A stretch of 60,110 nucleotides of DNA, filler included, from Jimgerdemannia flammicorona (Eukaryota), in the NCBI GenBank assembly GCA_003990765.1. It is 3 parts of 3 records of this genome, joined end to end, with 100 filler letters (N's around TTAATTAATTAA, not from the genome) between each part and the next. Parts side by side here need not be neighbours in the genome. Positions count along the whole stretch, not along the records: positions 1 to 19,972 come from RBNJ01001789.1; positions 20,073 to 40,043 come from RBNJ01001790.1; 1 more part is not named here. The stretch is one strand, 5' to 3'. The translations under genes and the position numbers were made by a program. The notes under the pieces were generated by a model. That model ran no database searches, was not told the DNA's origin, and was given only the letters and a program-made list of their open reading frames with translations. This document shows, in pieces, positions 12,701 through 25,155 of this stretch (the stretch's first letter is position 1; the number at the start of each line of letters is the position of its first letter).

Positions 12701-15700
12701 TGGTGGTTCGGTTTGGAAATAGTTCATCATCATTGTCATTGTATCACTTGAGATGTTGAACATTAAAGACTGGGTGAATCTTAATAGTGTCTGGTAGCGC
12801 CAGTTTGTAGGAGGTTGGAGAGACTTGTGCAATGACTTCAAATGGTCCAATGAACTTACTGTTCAGCTTTGTAGATGGTCTGTGCTTGAGGTTGTCCACT
12901 CGGTATCCTCAGATGTCTAGTAGAACCTTTTCTCCAATATCAAAGGTTTACTCTTGGTGGTGTTGGTTAACATACTGTGACTGTTGTTCTTGAGCTTGTG
13001 ATAAATTCTCAATTGCAATCTGGCTCAGATTACGCATTCAGAGTAGGAATTCTTCAACAGCTTCGACTGTGGAGGGTTCTTTGGTAGTTCGGATGAGTGT
13101 CAAAGGGGTGTTTGGATTTTGTCTGGTGTTGGCAAAGAATGGTGTCATTCTAAGAGAGGCTTGCTTGCTATTGTTGTAGGCAAACTCGACTGTGGTGAGG
13201 TATTCATGCCAATCATCTTGTCTATAGGAAACATAGTTCCTTAGCATTTGTTCTAGAGTTCAGTTCATTCTTTCGGTTTGGCTGTCAGTTTTAGGGTGAA
13301 AGGCTGTGGATAGTGCAAGTTTTATTCCAAGGTGTATATGGAGGGCTTTCCAAAAATGGCTGGTAAATTTCGGATCTCGGTCACTAACAATGATCTTAGG
13401 AAGACCATGATAGCAGAAGATGTTGTCAAACAAGAGTGTGGCTATATCTGGTGCTGTTGCAGTGGTAGTTGTTGGCACAAAGTGGGCTTGTTTGCTGAGA
13501 TAGTCCACAAAGACAACAATTGCATCTTTCCCATTCTTGGTTCGGGGTAGTTGTACAATGAAGTCCATAGAGATTTGTTCCCAATTAGCAGATGGTACTG
13601 GGATAGGGTGGAGTAAGCTGGGTTTTGCTAGTGTTGAGGACTTGTTCCGTTAGCAGGCATCACAGGAAGTGATGTAGGTCTTGAGCTGATCTGCTATGTG
13701 GGGCCAATAGAAGTTTCGGGAGATAACTTCATAGCATTTATCAAATCCTAAATGTCCAGCTGTAGGGGCATCATGACATTCAAATAGGATAGTCCTTCAG
13801 AGGTCCCAGTTGTTTGGGACATATAGTCTGTCCTTATAGTAGATAGCATTATCCTTGAGTTGGTATTGATTGTACCAGGTATACTTGTCAGCATCATCAT
13901 TGTTCAGGATTTCTTGGAGTGCTTGAGCTTCCTTATCATTTGCATATGCTGTGATAATTTGTTCTATGATGGAGTTGGTAACCAAGGTGAGAGTTTGGAT
14001 AACCTCTTTGATTGGTGGTCTGGAGATTGCATTGGCAACAATGTTTTCCTTGCTGGGGTGGTACTGGATTTTGTAGTCAAAGTTGGTAAGGACTTTCATC
14101 CATCTGGCTTGCTTTCGAGAAAGGGTAGCCTGGGTCTTGATGTTGACTAATGACTTGTAGTCAGTCAATATGGTGAAGTGTGCTCCTTCTAGGTATAGTT
14201 GCCATTTGATCAGAGTGTCTACAATGGCTAACATTTCCTTCTCGTGGGTTGCATAGTTAATTTCGGCATCATTGAACTTGCAGGAGTGATAGGCCACAGA
14301 GTGTCCTTCTTGTATGAGCACTGCTCTAAGAGCTAGGTCAGAGGCATCAGTAGTGACTTCATATGGTAGGGCAGGATTTGCTGCTTGAAGTACTGGAGTG
14401 GTTATCAGGGCATCCTTCAGTGCTTGAAAGGCAGTATCTTGTTTGGGTCCCCAATTTACAAGATTGTTGAAGTCTTTCTCTTATTTCATGGTCCAGGGTT
14501 ATTCTTGTTTCTTGCTGTACTTGGTCATTTGGGTGAGGGCAGTAGCGATTTTAGCAAAGTTGGCAACAAATTGCCTGTAATAGTTTGCTAATCCCAGGAA
14601 TGACTTGAGGTCTTTCAGCTTCTTGGGTGTGGGCCAATCTTTGATTGCAGAGATTTTGCTGGGGTCCACTTTGATTCCATTCGGAGTGACAATGTATCCA
14701 AGGAATTGAATTTCTTTCAGGAGAAATTTGCACTTGCTGAGTTTTGCAAAGAGTCAGTTTTCTTGGAGTTTCAGTAGTACTAGTTCAAGGTGTTCAAGAT
14801 GTTTCTCCAGGGTTTTGCTGAAGACTAGGATGTCATCAATGTAGACAACAATGAATTTGTCCAGGTATGGATGCAGAATGGTATTCATCAGTGTCTGGAA
14901 GGTTGCTGGAGCATTAGTTAAGCCAAAGGGCATAACCAGGAACTCGAAATGTCCATAGCTAGTTTGGAAAGCTGTCTTGTAGATATCTTCTTCTTTCATG
15001 GCAATTTGCCAGTAATCATTTCACAGGTCAAAAGAGCTTATGAATTGTGGGTTGGTGAGCCTATCGAATATTTCATCAATCCTTGGTAGTGGGCAACAGT
15101 TCTTGATGGTCTGTTCATTGAGATCACAGTAGTTAATGCACATTCGCAGGTCTCCTCCTTTCTTGACAACAAAGAGGACTGGTGCATCATAGGGTGATAT
15201 GCTGGGTCTGATGAATCCTTGTTCTAGGAGTTCGTCGATTTCTTTCTTGAGTGCATCAATTTCTCTTGGAGATATGTGGTAGATTGACTTGAAGGCTGGT
15301 TTGGCATCTGGGATAGTCTTGATTACATGGTCTACTGCTCATTTGGGAGGTAGGCTCTTCGGGAGCTTCTTTGGGAATATGTCTCAGAATTTCTGGAGTA
15401 GTGGTCTGACATGGCTGTCAACTTTGGAAAAATCTTCTTCAGAGTTCTCGGGTTCTCCTTTGGATGGTCTGATGGAGATGGCGAAGAGAGGGCATTTCTT
15501 GGCCAATTTTTTGAGTTATAGCTTATTGATGTGGGTGATCTTTGGTCCAGGGTCACTAGAGTTGAGTGAGTCCTTTTCACCTTGTAGTTTGAAGTTGTGG
15601 TGTCCTTTCTTGATGGTCAGAGAATGGTTTACCAAATCGATCATGGGGTTCTCTTGTTTCAACCATGGAGTCCCAAGAATAATTTTGTTGTCAGGGAGTG

Positions 15701-16058
15701 GTACGATTTGGAGAGTAACATGTACTCAATAGTCACTGATTCGGAAGGGTAGATTGTGGACTTCCTTGCTGATAATATGTGAGGTTCCATCAGCTGTAGC
15801 AACTACTTGAGTCTGCTATACTAGAGAGGTGAAGACCTTAAGTCTGTTGGCTGTTTCTTTGCTGATGAAGTTGCCTGAGGTACCACTGTCTATCATAATC
15901 TTGACAGGTGCTCGGTTGACAAAAGCTTTAAGTGTAAGCAGTTTGTCTAATCCAATGGTGGTGATTTCGGTTGTAGGAGCTTTCCTTCTGTTGGTTCTTC
16001 TTTGAGCCAGTTCATTGACACAAGAGAAGCAATCATCAATTATTCGAGAAGAGTACAT
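12700..16058 (-). pseudogene. pol: pol of element A: aspartic protease, RT, RNase H, integrase (multiple stops)
   Basis: [91 protein letters not shown]. Confidence 0.95.
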
Positions 16059-16164
16059 TCCAATGCCATGGGGGCATCAGCCACTTGGTACATATCCATC
16101 TTCGATTTTCTTGTAGAATTGTTCTTCTTTGTTCATGGTAGGTTGGGCTGGGGCTTTGTTTGAT

Positions 16165-16562
16165 AAGCCAAATCCTTTGGATCCTCAGATGGTGGGCAGT
16201 AGTTCAGGGACTTCCTTAACTATCAGAGTTGACTCAATTTTCTTGAATAGGATCTGGGCAATGCAGAAACCTATGGGGATCTTGAAGGGTATCTAACTAT
16301 GATTTCGGATGAGGACAATAATTTCACCTGTATAATCTTTGTCAATGACTCCTCCTTCTACTGAGAGTCCTTTCAATACTAGGCTGCTGCGACAGCATAT
16401 TCTTCCAACATGTCCTTCAGGGATTTGAATACTGATTCCTGTATAAACTTGCTTGACTTCTCGGTTGGAGACTGTGGCTTCTTCGGCTGCATACAGATCA
16501 TATCCAGCTGCTTTTTGACTTCCTTTGATTGGGGCCTTAGTAGTTTGTCTTAACTTGACAAA
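16165..16562 (-). pseudogene. dut: dUTPase domain of element A, between the Gag zinc knuckle and the protease
   Basis: Manual translation: KAAGYDLYA..TGISIQIPEGHVGRICCRSSL..VEGGVIDKDYTGEI..IAQILF..(R)GSKGFG; all five trimeric dUTPase motifs. Confidence 0.9.
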
Positions 16563-16599
16563 GTCCAGTGTTCTGGTGGTCAGGTTGTTGAGATGGTGC

Positions 16600-18490
16600 A
16601 GAGTGGTAACAGTTGCTCATATTGCTGTTCGGGGTTTTCGGTTAGGGCAGGTGCTGGCCATGTGTCCTGTCTTTCGGCAATAGAAGCATGCTCCGCTTCT
16701 TCGAAGTTCATTCCTTTCTCCTTCAGTGAGTTTCTTGAAGGTACTCAGCTGGGTGGGTTCATGATTTCTGGGTGTCCAAGAGTGGATGTTGAGGGAGCTT
16801 GGGATACTTCATGCTTGGGTTCTTCTTTCTTGGTCCAAGTCTTTTCCTTGTTGTTGAATTGTCTTCGGGGCAGAATGGGTCCAGCTGTTAGGATTTGCTT
16901 GACCATAGTCTTGATTCTTGCCAGGCACCATTGTTGGTGATCGCAACCAAATAGGTGGCCTTGTTCTCGGATTTTTCTAGTAAGCCATTCAGGCAGAGCA
17001 TCGAATAAATGGTCTGCTCTTGTACCATTTCGTGCTTCATCATTGGCAATATATCCTAGGCCAACAGTGTTCAGGAGTGACTCGAGTTTTGTACAGAAGG
17101 TTTCAAATTCTTCCTTGCCATATACATCAAATTTGAGGTTGCAGAGTTTTACTCGAGATTCGACAACCATGGTTTTGCTGTGGTATTGAGCAATCATGAG
17201 TTGTTTGAGTCCAGGGGCTGCAGGATGGGCTCCATATCCTAGGGTATTGTTTGCTGCATTCTGAGCAACTACTGCAGGTCAGGTGTCCCATGTGAGGGGT
17301 TTTTCAGGAAGGGTTCGCCACCATTCTTTAGCAGGTCCTCGGAAGAATATAACAACTCAGCAGACATAGGCTGTAGTGGTAGCAAAGAGTTGTTCCAGGG
17401 TGTGGTCTTGATTGTTTGTCAGAATGTGGTTGGCAACTCGCTCATTGGTCCATTGATTGGCTTCAAAGTTAGTATCAACTACACTAATGAAGCTTTGGAC
17501 TTCTTGTGCAGTACCATTAAAGGTAGGTAGGCTCAGATTTTTGGTAGGTTGGGTCTGTTTAGCTAAGGCAGTAATGGTTGCTGCCATTATGGCTACCTGA
17601 GTTGTAAGGTCTAGAATCTGTTGGTTCGCCATGTTGTTTACTGGAGGCGGTTGGACTACTGGTAATGGTGTTACTGGTACTACTTGAGGTACTGGTGCAG
17701 AGTGTGATGGGGTTCTTTGGGTCTGTGTAAGTTGCTGGAGTAGTATTTGTGGGTCTGGAGTAAGGGCTTGATAGATAACTGTTTGTTGTTATGTAGGTGT
17801 GTTCTGGTCTGATAGAGGTGTGTCTCCTTCGGTGGTATATCTGGGATCGAATTCACTGAGATACTCCTCCTTCTCTTCAGTTTGGTCCCCATGTAATTGG
17901 GTTTGCTTGGTGTCAAAGTAGACAGAATCAGTTATATATCTGATTTCGGATGGACTTAATTCAAAGTCAAGTTCAGGTTCGGTATTGGTTTCAGATTCAG
18001 GTAGAGTAGTGGTAGGGCCTGCTTCTGGTTCGGGGTCTGGTAGCTGATGAAGGGTTTCTCTTGCTTCTTCCTTAAGAATATGGCGGGCCTTGCTATTCTG
18101 GAATTGGTAGTATAACACAGTCTTGGTCCTGGTATGGTGGAAGTCGGTAAAGTTGAGCCACTTGGCTATAGAGGCTTGGGCTTCATAAGGAACTAAGGCT
18201 AGAAAGACTGCTGCTGGTTGTCCTAGGTCACTCGGATTTGTAGAGCTGACAAAACTCTTATTGAGAAGAATAAAGAAGGCTTCAATAAGACCTTCTTCAT
18301 CTTGACTTGCTGGGTGTAGTGCAAGGAGTTCGGTGAATAGGGTTTCGCCTATTTGCTGGTTTAACCGGAGTACTTCTTTTTTTGAATGAAGTTTATCCCA
18401 CTTATTGCAGATATAGAGGTCAAATTGTCCTTGTACATCAGGTTCAATTCTCTCCAGATTGTCAGATGGTTCGGATAAATTCCAGTTCAG
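16600..18490 (-). pseudogene. gag: gag of element A with a long N-terminal extension and CCHC knuckle
   Basis: LPTFNGT..SFI (capsid start) in 17357-17632; CFYCRKTGHMASTC at ~16650-16690; the 17789-18118 ORF is in the same frame; the start position is approximate. Confidence 0.8.
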
Positions 18491-18578
18491 AGGTTGGGCT
18501 TTATACCAACTTGTAGGAATTCACAGAGGGGTTTGTAGCAGGGTGAGGAAGCATCTTGAAGTGGAATTGGATTGTAAA

Positions 18579-18590
18579 CCGCTGCTACCA
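18579..18590 (-). other. Primer binding site of element A (tRNA-iMet type)
   Basis: Minus strand TGGTAGCAGCGG 3 nt inside the 5' LTR end; complementary to an initiator-Met-like 3' end (...CGCTGCTACCA). Confidence 0.8.
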
Positions 18591-18593
18591 AGT

Positions 18594-19972
18594 TGTAAGA
18601 GGGTTGCTTTTTAGGGTAACCATTACGTAGTTCTGGAAGGGTTTTCTGGAAGTTCTGGATATTCTGGAAGACCGTTTTCTTAAGGTCAAGATCAATTTCA
18701 TATAGAGTATGTCCTCTATGCTTATTGATTTTAAGATCAGATTGACATCTCAACCAAAGTCCTTTTTCGGACTAGTTCTGGATGTTCAGGATTTTCCATA
18801 TTTCAGGAAGTTCAAGAAACTAAGACCAGCTTAGTTGAATTGGCGTATCACTGCAGACAATACTCAATTAGGAAATTTCGTGATGGGGTTAGGAGTGGGA
18901 CCTAATGGGGAGCAGATTTACTTAAGAGTGGTTTGTGGGTTATTAAATAGGTTTATTCGCTATTCATGATATTGCTATACTAGGAGTAGTTGTGTGAAGG
19001 AATATTGTAGGAAAGTGCTCAGGAGTTGTATTCGAATTGTTCAAGTCTTCAAGTCTGAGATTCTGAGGTCTAGGAGAGGGGGTATTTATACTAGTGAGAG
19101 GCTATTTGGACTATGCTAAATATGGATGTAGCACTAAGTGCCTTGCTGAGTCGGAATGCAGTCACGTAGTACAATAGTGATCTGACATGTCAAGAGATCA
19201 TCTAACTACTGAGTTAGTTCACAGTTATGTTATACAAGACTAATCTAACTATACTATGACTGCTAGGCTATTTATGGTTTAGGCACTGTCTGGGTAGTCT
19301 TCAATGATATCACCATCAATTGCATCATCTCTAATGAAGTAGTCGTCTAGGAAGAGTGGTTCACAGATTACTTCTCCTTGTTTGCTGAGATAGTAATACA
19401 TTGGGACTTCATCTCTATCCCATAAGATAGCATCATCTGTCTCGTATGCTGGGTAAGGTGTTGGTGGGTGAAGGATGGGTGTATTGTCTTCACTTTCATC
19501 AGATTTGCTGTCTGCGTACCTTCTATAGGTTACAGCACTATGAGTTGTAGTGTTGTAGTAAGCTGGTGGCTGTGGTTCATGTTGCTTATACTCAGGTGGT
19601 GGAGTTGTTGGTTCAATTTCGAGAGTTGTCTGAAGGTACAGGTTGTGTTCTCCGGTCTCTTCATTATAGTTGAAGTAATCAGGAGTGAATGCGGGTTAGT
19701 ATTCATACCAGTGGTCATTGTCCCAATAAGTCTTGTATATGGTTATGAACTATTATAAGTTCATCGGCAAGGTTGGCAGTATGATCAGGGTTGGCAGGGA
19801 TCCTTGGCTTGAGGTCATGTCCGCATCAGAGGGATCATTGTCTTCTGCTTTATCTTCATCGAAGTGGATTATATCGTAGATGTCCTTCATGGCATAACCA
19901 ACTTGAGACATTTGCAGGATATGGTCGTCAGGGTGCGGGAAGGTTCTGTCTGTAGTTTCAACATACTTTTTT
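18594..19972 (-). repeat. 5' LTR of element A (truncated by the contig end), with the second copy of the LTR ORF
   Basis: Colinear with 10043-~11415; differences are mostly transitions. Confidence 0.93.
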
Positions 19973-20072
19973 NNNNNNNNNNNNNNNNNNNNNNNNNNNN
20001 NNNNNNNNNNNNNNNNTTAATTAATTAANNNNNNNNNNNNNNNNNNNNNNNNNNNNNNNNNNNNNNNNNNNN
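19973..20072. other. Artificial contig linker N44-TTAATTAATTAA-N44
   Basis: Six-frame stop linker, identical to 40044-40143. Confidence 0.97.
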
Positions 20073-20139
20073 TTTTTTCTTTTTAAATCAATGTCCGAAT
20101 TTTTTTCCTAATAACATTCGAAATATACATATCCTCCAG

Positions 20140-21107
20140 CTTCTAAGCCTGGGCCGGAGCGCAAATCTTGCTACAATTGCCATTTTTGCCATCAAGTTTA
20201 CCCAAACACCACCTGGAAGCATTGCCAAATCAATTTCCCGGATGCCCCAAACCTCATGGAGAAAAGGCCTTACAAATCAGACATTAGGCATGCTTTCGCT
20301 GCGGCCAACAAATGCATTAAGAAAGTACATGACGACCAACTGAGGCAAGAAGTCATAAGAGCGATAGAAAACCGTATGAAAATCGTGGAACATTCGTCAT
20401 ACCACACCGGCTTCAAGGTGAATGCCAAAGCGTGGAACAAGCGAGGTTGTCCAGATGGAATTGTCATCATAGATGAACACGAAAAACTGCTGGCCATATT
20501 TGAACAAGTACCGGTGAAGAACGACAAAATGCTTTATATGTGACTGATGGATGGCAGGCTTGTGCATTTTGTTGAGGGGGGTGGTGGTGGAGGAGATGGA
20601 GAGGTGGGAGAGGTCAGTGCTGGTGGAGGAGTCGGCGCCAGTGGAGAGGTCGGTGGAGAGGTCGGCGCGGGGGTGGTCGGCGCGGGGGAGGTCGGCGCGG
20701 GGGAGGTCGGCGCGGGGGAGGTCGGCGCGGGGGAGGTCAGCACAGGGGAGGTCGGCGCAGAGGAGGTCGGTGTGGAGGAACATGGGGAGGTCGGCGTGGG
20801 GGAGGTCGGCGTGGAGGAACATGTGGAGGTCGGTGCGGGGGAGGTCGGCGCGGAGGAACATGGGGAGGTTGGCGCGAAGGAACACGGGGAGGTTGGCGCG
20901 GAGGAACATGGGGAGGTCAGCGCGGAGGACGAAATGGAGGTTGGCACGGAGGAGGTCGGCCCAGAGGAGGATATGGAGGAGGAGGATATAGAGGAAAGCA
21001 GTTTGGAATATATGGAGGAAGATGGTTCGGAATATGAGAAGGAGGAGGATCAGTTGGTTTATAGCGATGAAGAGGAGGATCAGTTGGTTTATAGCGATGA
21101 AGAGTAA
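20140..21107 (+). pseudogene. Exon or ORF of unknown function: Cys/His motif, a ~100 aa globular-looking region, (EVGAG/EVGAEEHG)n repeats and a Glu/Asp tail; one internal TGA (20541-20543)
   Basis: ORFs 20256-20543 and 20547-21107 share a frame, which stays open upstream to a branch-point/CAG acceptor at 20137-20139; reads RKSCYNCHFCHQVYPNTTWKHC. Confidence 0.55.
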
Positions 21108-21266
21108 GATCTGTTCATACCGGTAAGTTCTTTATTTTCCTGATTTACTTCCTATTTATTTCCGATTTCATTTTGATTTCTGATTTCTAATTATGTTTCT
21201 GTTTGTTTATTCTAAATATATCTTAGATGTGCAATATTTTTTTTTTGGTGCCTTGTAGCTTAAAGG

Positions 21267-21562
21267 CGGATTAAAGATGGGTCTGTGTCGGGTTAAATAC
21301 GGGTCAGGGTCAGGTCATGTATATTTCTCGGGTTGGGTTAAAGATGGGTTACATATAATTCCGGGTCGGGTTAAAGACAGGTGACGTACGTTTCCAGGTC
21401 AGGTTAAAGATGGGTGACGTATAATTCCGGGTCGGGTTAAAGACAGGTGACGTATTATTCCAGGTCGGGTTAAAGATGGGTGACATATAATTCCGGATCG
21501 GGTTAAAGACGGGTGACGTATAATTCCGGGTCGGGTTAAATATGTACACGGGTCGGCTCGGG
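21267..21562 (+). repeat. 33-bp tandem repeat (GGGTTAAAGATGGGTGACGTATAATTCCGGGTC), about 7 regular units plus degenerate ones
   Basis: Units recur at 21335, 21368, 21401, 21434, 21467, 21500, 21533. Confidence 0.92.
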
Positions 21563-21575
21563 TTGCGATGCACTA
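21267..21575. mobile_element. Possible terminus of a hAT-like DNA transposon (subterminal CGGGT repeats ending ...GCACTA)
   Basis: Dense TCGGGT(T) motifs followed by CACTA at 21571-21575 and an abrupt change in composition; no transposase or second TIR seen. Confidence 0.35.
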
Positions 21576-24130
21576 GCTGAAGGCACCAGAATCCACGAAA
21601 AAGTGGAGGAAGCACCGATCCGACACCAATAAAGGGGCAACTCATTACCATTGCCCTTCTCCCACTATGCCCCTGTAGGCACAGCAAATCAACCCAAGGT
21701 AGAGGGGGTAATAATAGGGGAAAGGGGACTTGAAAGGTCACCTACTAAACCTTGTGACCGGTAAGGTAGTAGAGAAAGGAGCTTGACAGATATAGAATCT
21801 TCATGATCATAGAGATTTCACAGATATAGAGAATCTATACTTGTAAAAAGTGACTTATAGAAAATATAGTCATAACTTAGCCATCTTATAGCTAGTAAAC
21901 TTATATAAATATCTCAATATCTAGAGAGAATAAAACCTCAGATTGAAATAGTTCAAAGTAAAGAAAAAGCAAAGAAACTAATAAGTCTACAGATAGATAT
22001 ACTTTGAATTACTCTTCTGTACTCTGAGAACTCTGTGAGAGTCAGAACAAGTCAAGTTTTCAAGATACAAAAATCTGTCATAATTCTGAGATTAGACATC
22101 TGCTATATTACAACTTAGTGCTCATTGGCTGGTGATTCAAGATAAATTCCTCACTTTCAAGCTGAACAATGAACAACCACTACCACCTGAACAACTATAT
22201 AAATTGAACTAAGATATTTAGATAAGATAGATATAAGACCACTAAGTTTTTATAGTTATACTTTCAGATAAGTCAATCATTATCTTTATTAATAATTTTG
22301 AGCAATACACTACTATAAGCAAGATAGCAAGTAACTCTTATACTCTTTAGTCTTTAAGGACTAGTAAGAGCAGCATTTATAGCTATAACTTATATAGGAA
22401 ATAATGATGATACTATACTAATAGTACAGAAGATTTGGCTCCAAGCCACTTACTATATCGATAAGATCAAGTAAGCTCTAAAGAATTAGCTCAATACAAC
22501 TTACTAAGGAATGAGTAAAGATCCAAACACATTCTATATCAGAATTCAATATCAGATAATTCTCATAGATTATACTACTACCATCAGAGATCAAATAGCT
22601 AAAGTAACTTTTATAAAAAAAATCTACCCAGAAATAGTCCTAGTTATCTACTTATCACCAATAGTCTTAGATCTGCCACAGAAGGTCACTTATACTCAGC
22701 AATATTAGATAGTTAGATACTCACAAGACCATATAATAGAGAGAGTCACTGGAGTCAGAATTAAAGCACTCAAGGCAACTAGCATAATCTCTACCATAGT
22801 GATCAATTGAAATACATCTCAACCAAGAACTACTAAATAATAGAGAAATAGTAACTCTATGGAGGAACTCACTAAATAGTTTGCTGAAATAACTATCCAT
22901 CTAGAAGATATAGTAAAGGAAATCAGAGGAAGAGACTGCTATCCTATTCAGAAGTTTGCCACTATCTTAGACAAGAAGAGGAGTACCTGTTATACCTGTG
23001 GAGAAGACCACTACTCCTATGAATATATAAGTAAAACTAAGCACAAAGCCCAATCAAGCAATACTATATGAAATAAGGAGCAGGCCAATATAATCACCTT
23101 TAAAGAAATTAGATAGTCTGATAAAGAAAAGTGGGAGGCCTATCTAGTATAGACTACTAAGAAGGATATCTACAAAGAATCCTATAAGAAATCACCAGGA
23201 AGATCCAAAAAGAACTCAGTGGAAAGACAGATAGAAACTGCTATAGAAAGTCAAGCTAAAGAGACAGATCAAGATATGGAGCTAGAATAGGCTATTCAAA
23301 ATATTATTTGAGAAACCACTCTAGCCAGTAAAGGAGAAAAGAAGAAAAAGCTTCACAAAACTAAGATCTTTAAGTATGATATCTTCAAGGATCTCAGTCA
23401 ATAAAAAGTCAATGTAATCTTTGACCAGCTGATAGAAATACTCATATTCAGATAGCAAATAAGATATAGACTTACTGAAATAACTAAAGAGCAAGAATGG
23501 AAGATAACTGAGGCCAATAATATTTAAGAGGACTCAGGAGAAGAAAGTGAAGACAACTGTAAGACCTCTGCCTATACAATTTATCAAATCAAGAATAGAG
23601 TCTTTGAGACTATCATTGATATAGAAGCAGAAGGATACTTCCTTAGCAAGAAAGTAGCAGACCACCTAGGTTGAGAAGTTGAAGAAGCAACTAAATTGGT
23701 ATTTGTTACAGCAGATAGTATAAGAGCCATACCTCTAGGAAAGATTCAAGATATTTCTATCAAGTTTGGAGAAGCAATCATTCTAGTAGATATAATCATG
23801 ATTAATACAACTAACTATAATATTCTTATCAGCAATCAATGGCTTCATGAAGCCAAGATAGTAATTGATCTAAATGCTCAGAAGATATAAATCATCTACT
23901 ATAGATAGAAGATATAAATTTCCATCAATGTCAACAAAAAAGTCCTATCTGAGATAGAGAAAGAAGAGAGTGAATAAGAGAAAGCTTATATAGTGACAAC
24001 TCAGAAAAAGAAGAAGAAAATCAGATGGATGAGCAAAGAAGACTGGTGTAAAAATATTATAAAAAGATATATACCATAAGGAGTCTGCTCTCATAGGATC
24101 TGAATGTACTATATAGAGTATATCAATAAG

Positions 24131-24162
24131 TGTTAATGTTTCTATACAATCAATATTTAAAC

Positions 24163-24199
<37 letters not shown>

Positions 24200-24604
24200 T
24201 ATTTGGGAAGTCTGAAAAAGAAAAGGAATATAAAAAAGAAAAAGGGCTATAAAGTCCAGCTTAGCTCAGCAGAAGCAAGTATGGAAAAAAAAAGAAAAAC
24301 CAAAGAGAAAAATAGTGGGTGGGAAAAAGGAGATGAGTGGTAGAGTAAACAAGTGGTAAAGCAGATAATTAAGTTATTCTGCTGAGTGTCCAATGTGTAA
24401 GCAGCATATGTCTATCTTAGGTACTAGCTAGTATATATGAATTACATAGAGGTACAAAATATCTTTAGTACTAAATATCTAGAACTAGCATATATATACA
24501 GTATAAGACCTCTCCACTCACTTCTAACCTATGACTGTAAGTAACTAATTAATACATATCTATTGACTTGTAATCTCAGTTGATATTACCTATTTATCAG
24601 TACA
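24131..24604. other. Unrelated ~470 bp insertion in pol of element B with a (TA)n microsatellite (24166-24197); possibly a solo LTR
   Basis: Non-coding composition interrupting the PR-dUTPase linker; TG...CA ends, but no convincing TSD. Confidence 0.4.
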
Positions 24605-24749
24605 CTGGTAAAATCAAGAAGATATATCACTAAAGAAGAGAGAAGGCTCTTAAGAAACAGGTAAGAGAAGAAAAGAAAATAAAAAAAGAAGAGGATAACA
24701 AACCACCAGCTCTCCTTGAAGATAGTGATGATGAAGAGGAAATTAAGAT

Positions 24750-25155
24750 CAAGATTTGGAAGATTTATTCTAATACAGTCTTATCAGAATATAAGTCAGA
24801 AAATATAGCTGGAATAGATATCAACAGTGGAGGAAACTATACTTAAACCTCAGACAACCACTCTACTTGCAACTGGTCTAGAGATGACCATTCTAAAGAA
24901 TCATGTCAGAATTCTCAAGACAAGAAGTAGCCTGGCTAAAAGTGAAATCACAATTGAAGGAGGAGTCATTAATTCAGATTATATTGGAGAAATACTACTT
25001 ATTACTAGGAACCACAATCCTATGATTTCATTTTTAATCAAGAAGAAGAACTGACTGGCATAGGTATTGATCTTCTCAGTTCTTCAGCCAAGAATTATAG
25101 AAGTCAAGAAGTTGGAGGAAATAGAAAGAGGAAGAAAAGAATTTGGATCCACAGA
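24750..25155 (+). pseudogene. dut: dUTPase domain of element B, between the protease and RT
   Basis: AGIDI, ATGLEM, TRSSLAK, IEGGVINSDYIGEI, ERGRKEFGST. Confidence 0.88.

Larger units (their letters stand above)
10043..19972 (-). mobile_element. Ty3/Gypsy chromovirus-type LTR retrotransposon A: LTR-gag-dUTPase-PR-RT-RH-IN-chromodomain-PPT-LTR; the 5' LTR is truncated by the contig end
   Basis: Direct repeats 10043-~11415 and 18594-~19966, TGTAAG...CTTACA termini, PBS, PPT and all pol motifs. Confidence 0.95.

Noticed and set aside
10043..19972. Dating element A from LTR divergence and identifying its TSD
   Set aside because: Differences are dominated by C>T/G>A hypermutation, and the 5' LTR is cut by the contig end.
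20397..20991. Overlapping ORFs with ADLPR, PTSPA and RSARG repeats
   Set aside because: Shadow frames of the 15/21-bp repeat; the EVGAG frame is the one continuous with flanking non-repetitive coding-like sequence, though the strand is not proven.
21267..21562. Telomeric or CRISPR array, and the ORF 21349-21741 (VFNPTRNYTSP repeats)
   Set aside because: Head-to-tail 33-bp minisatellite with no unique spacers and not a simple TTAGGG tract; the ORF is a by-product of a unit length divisible by three.
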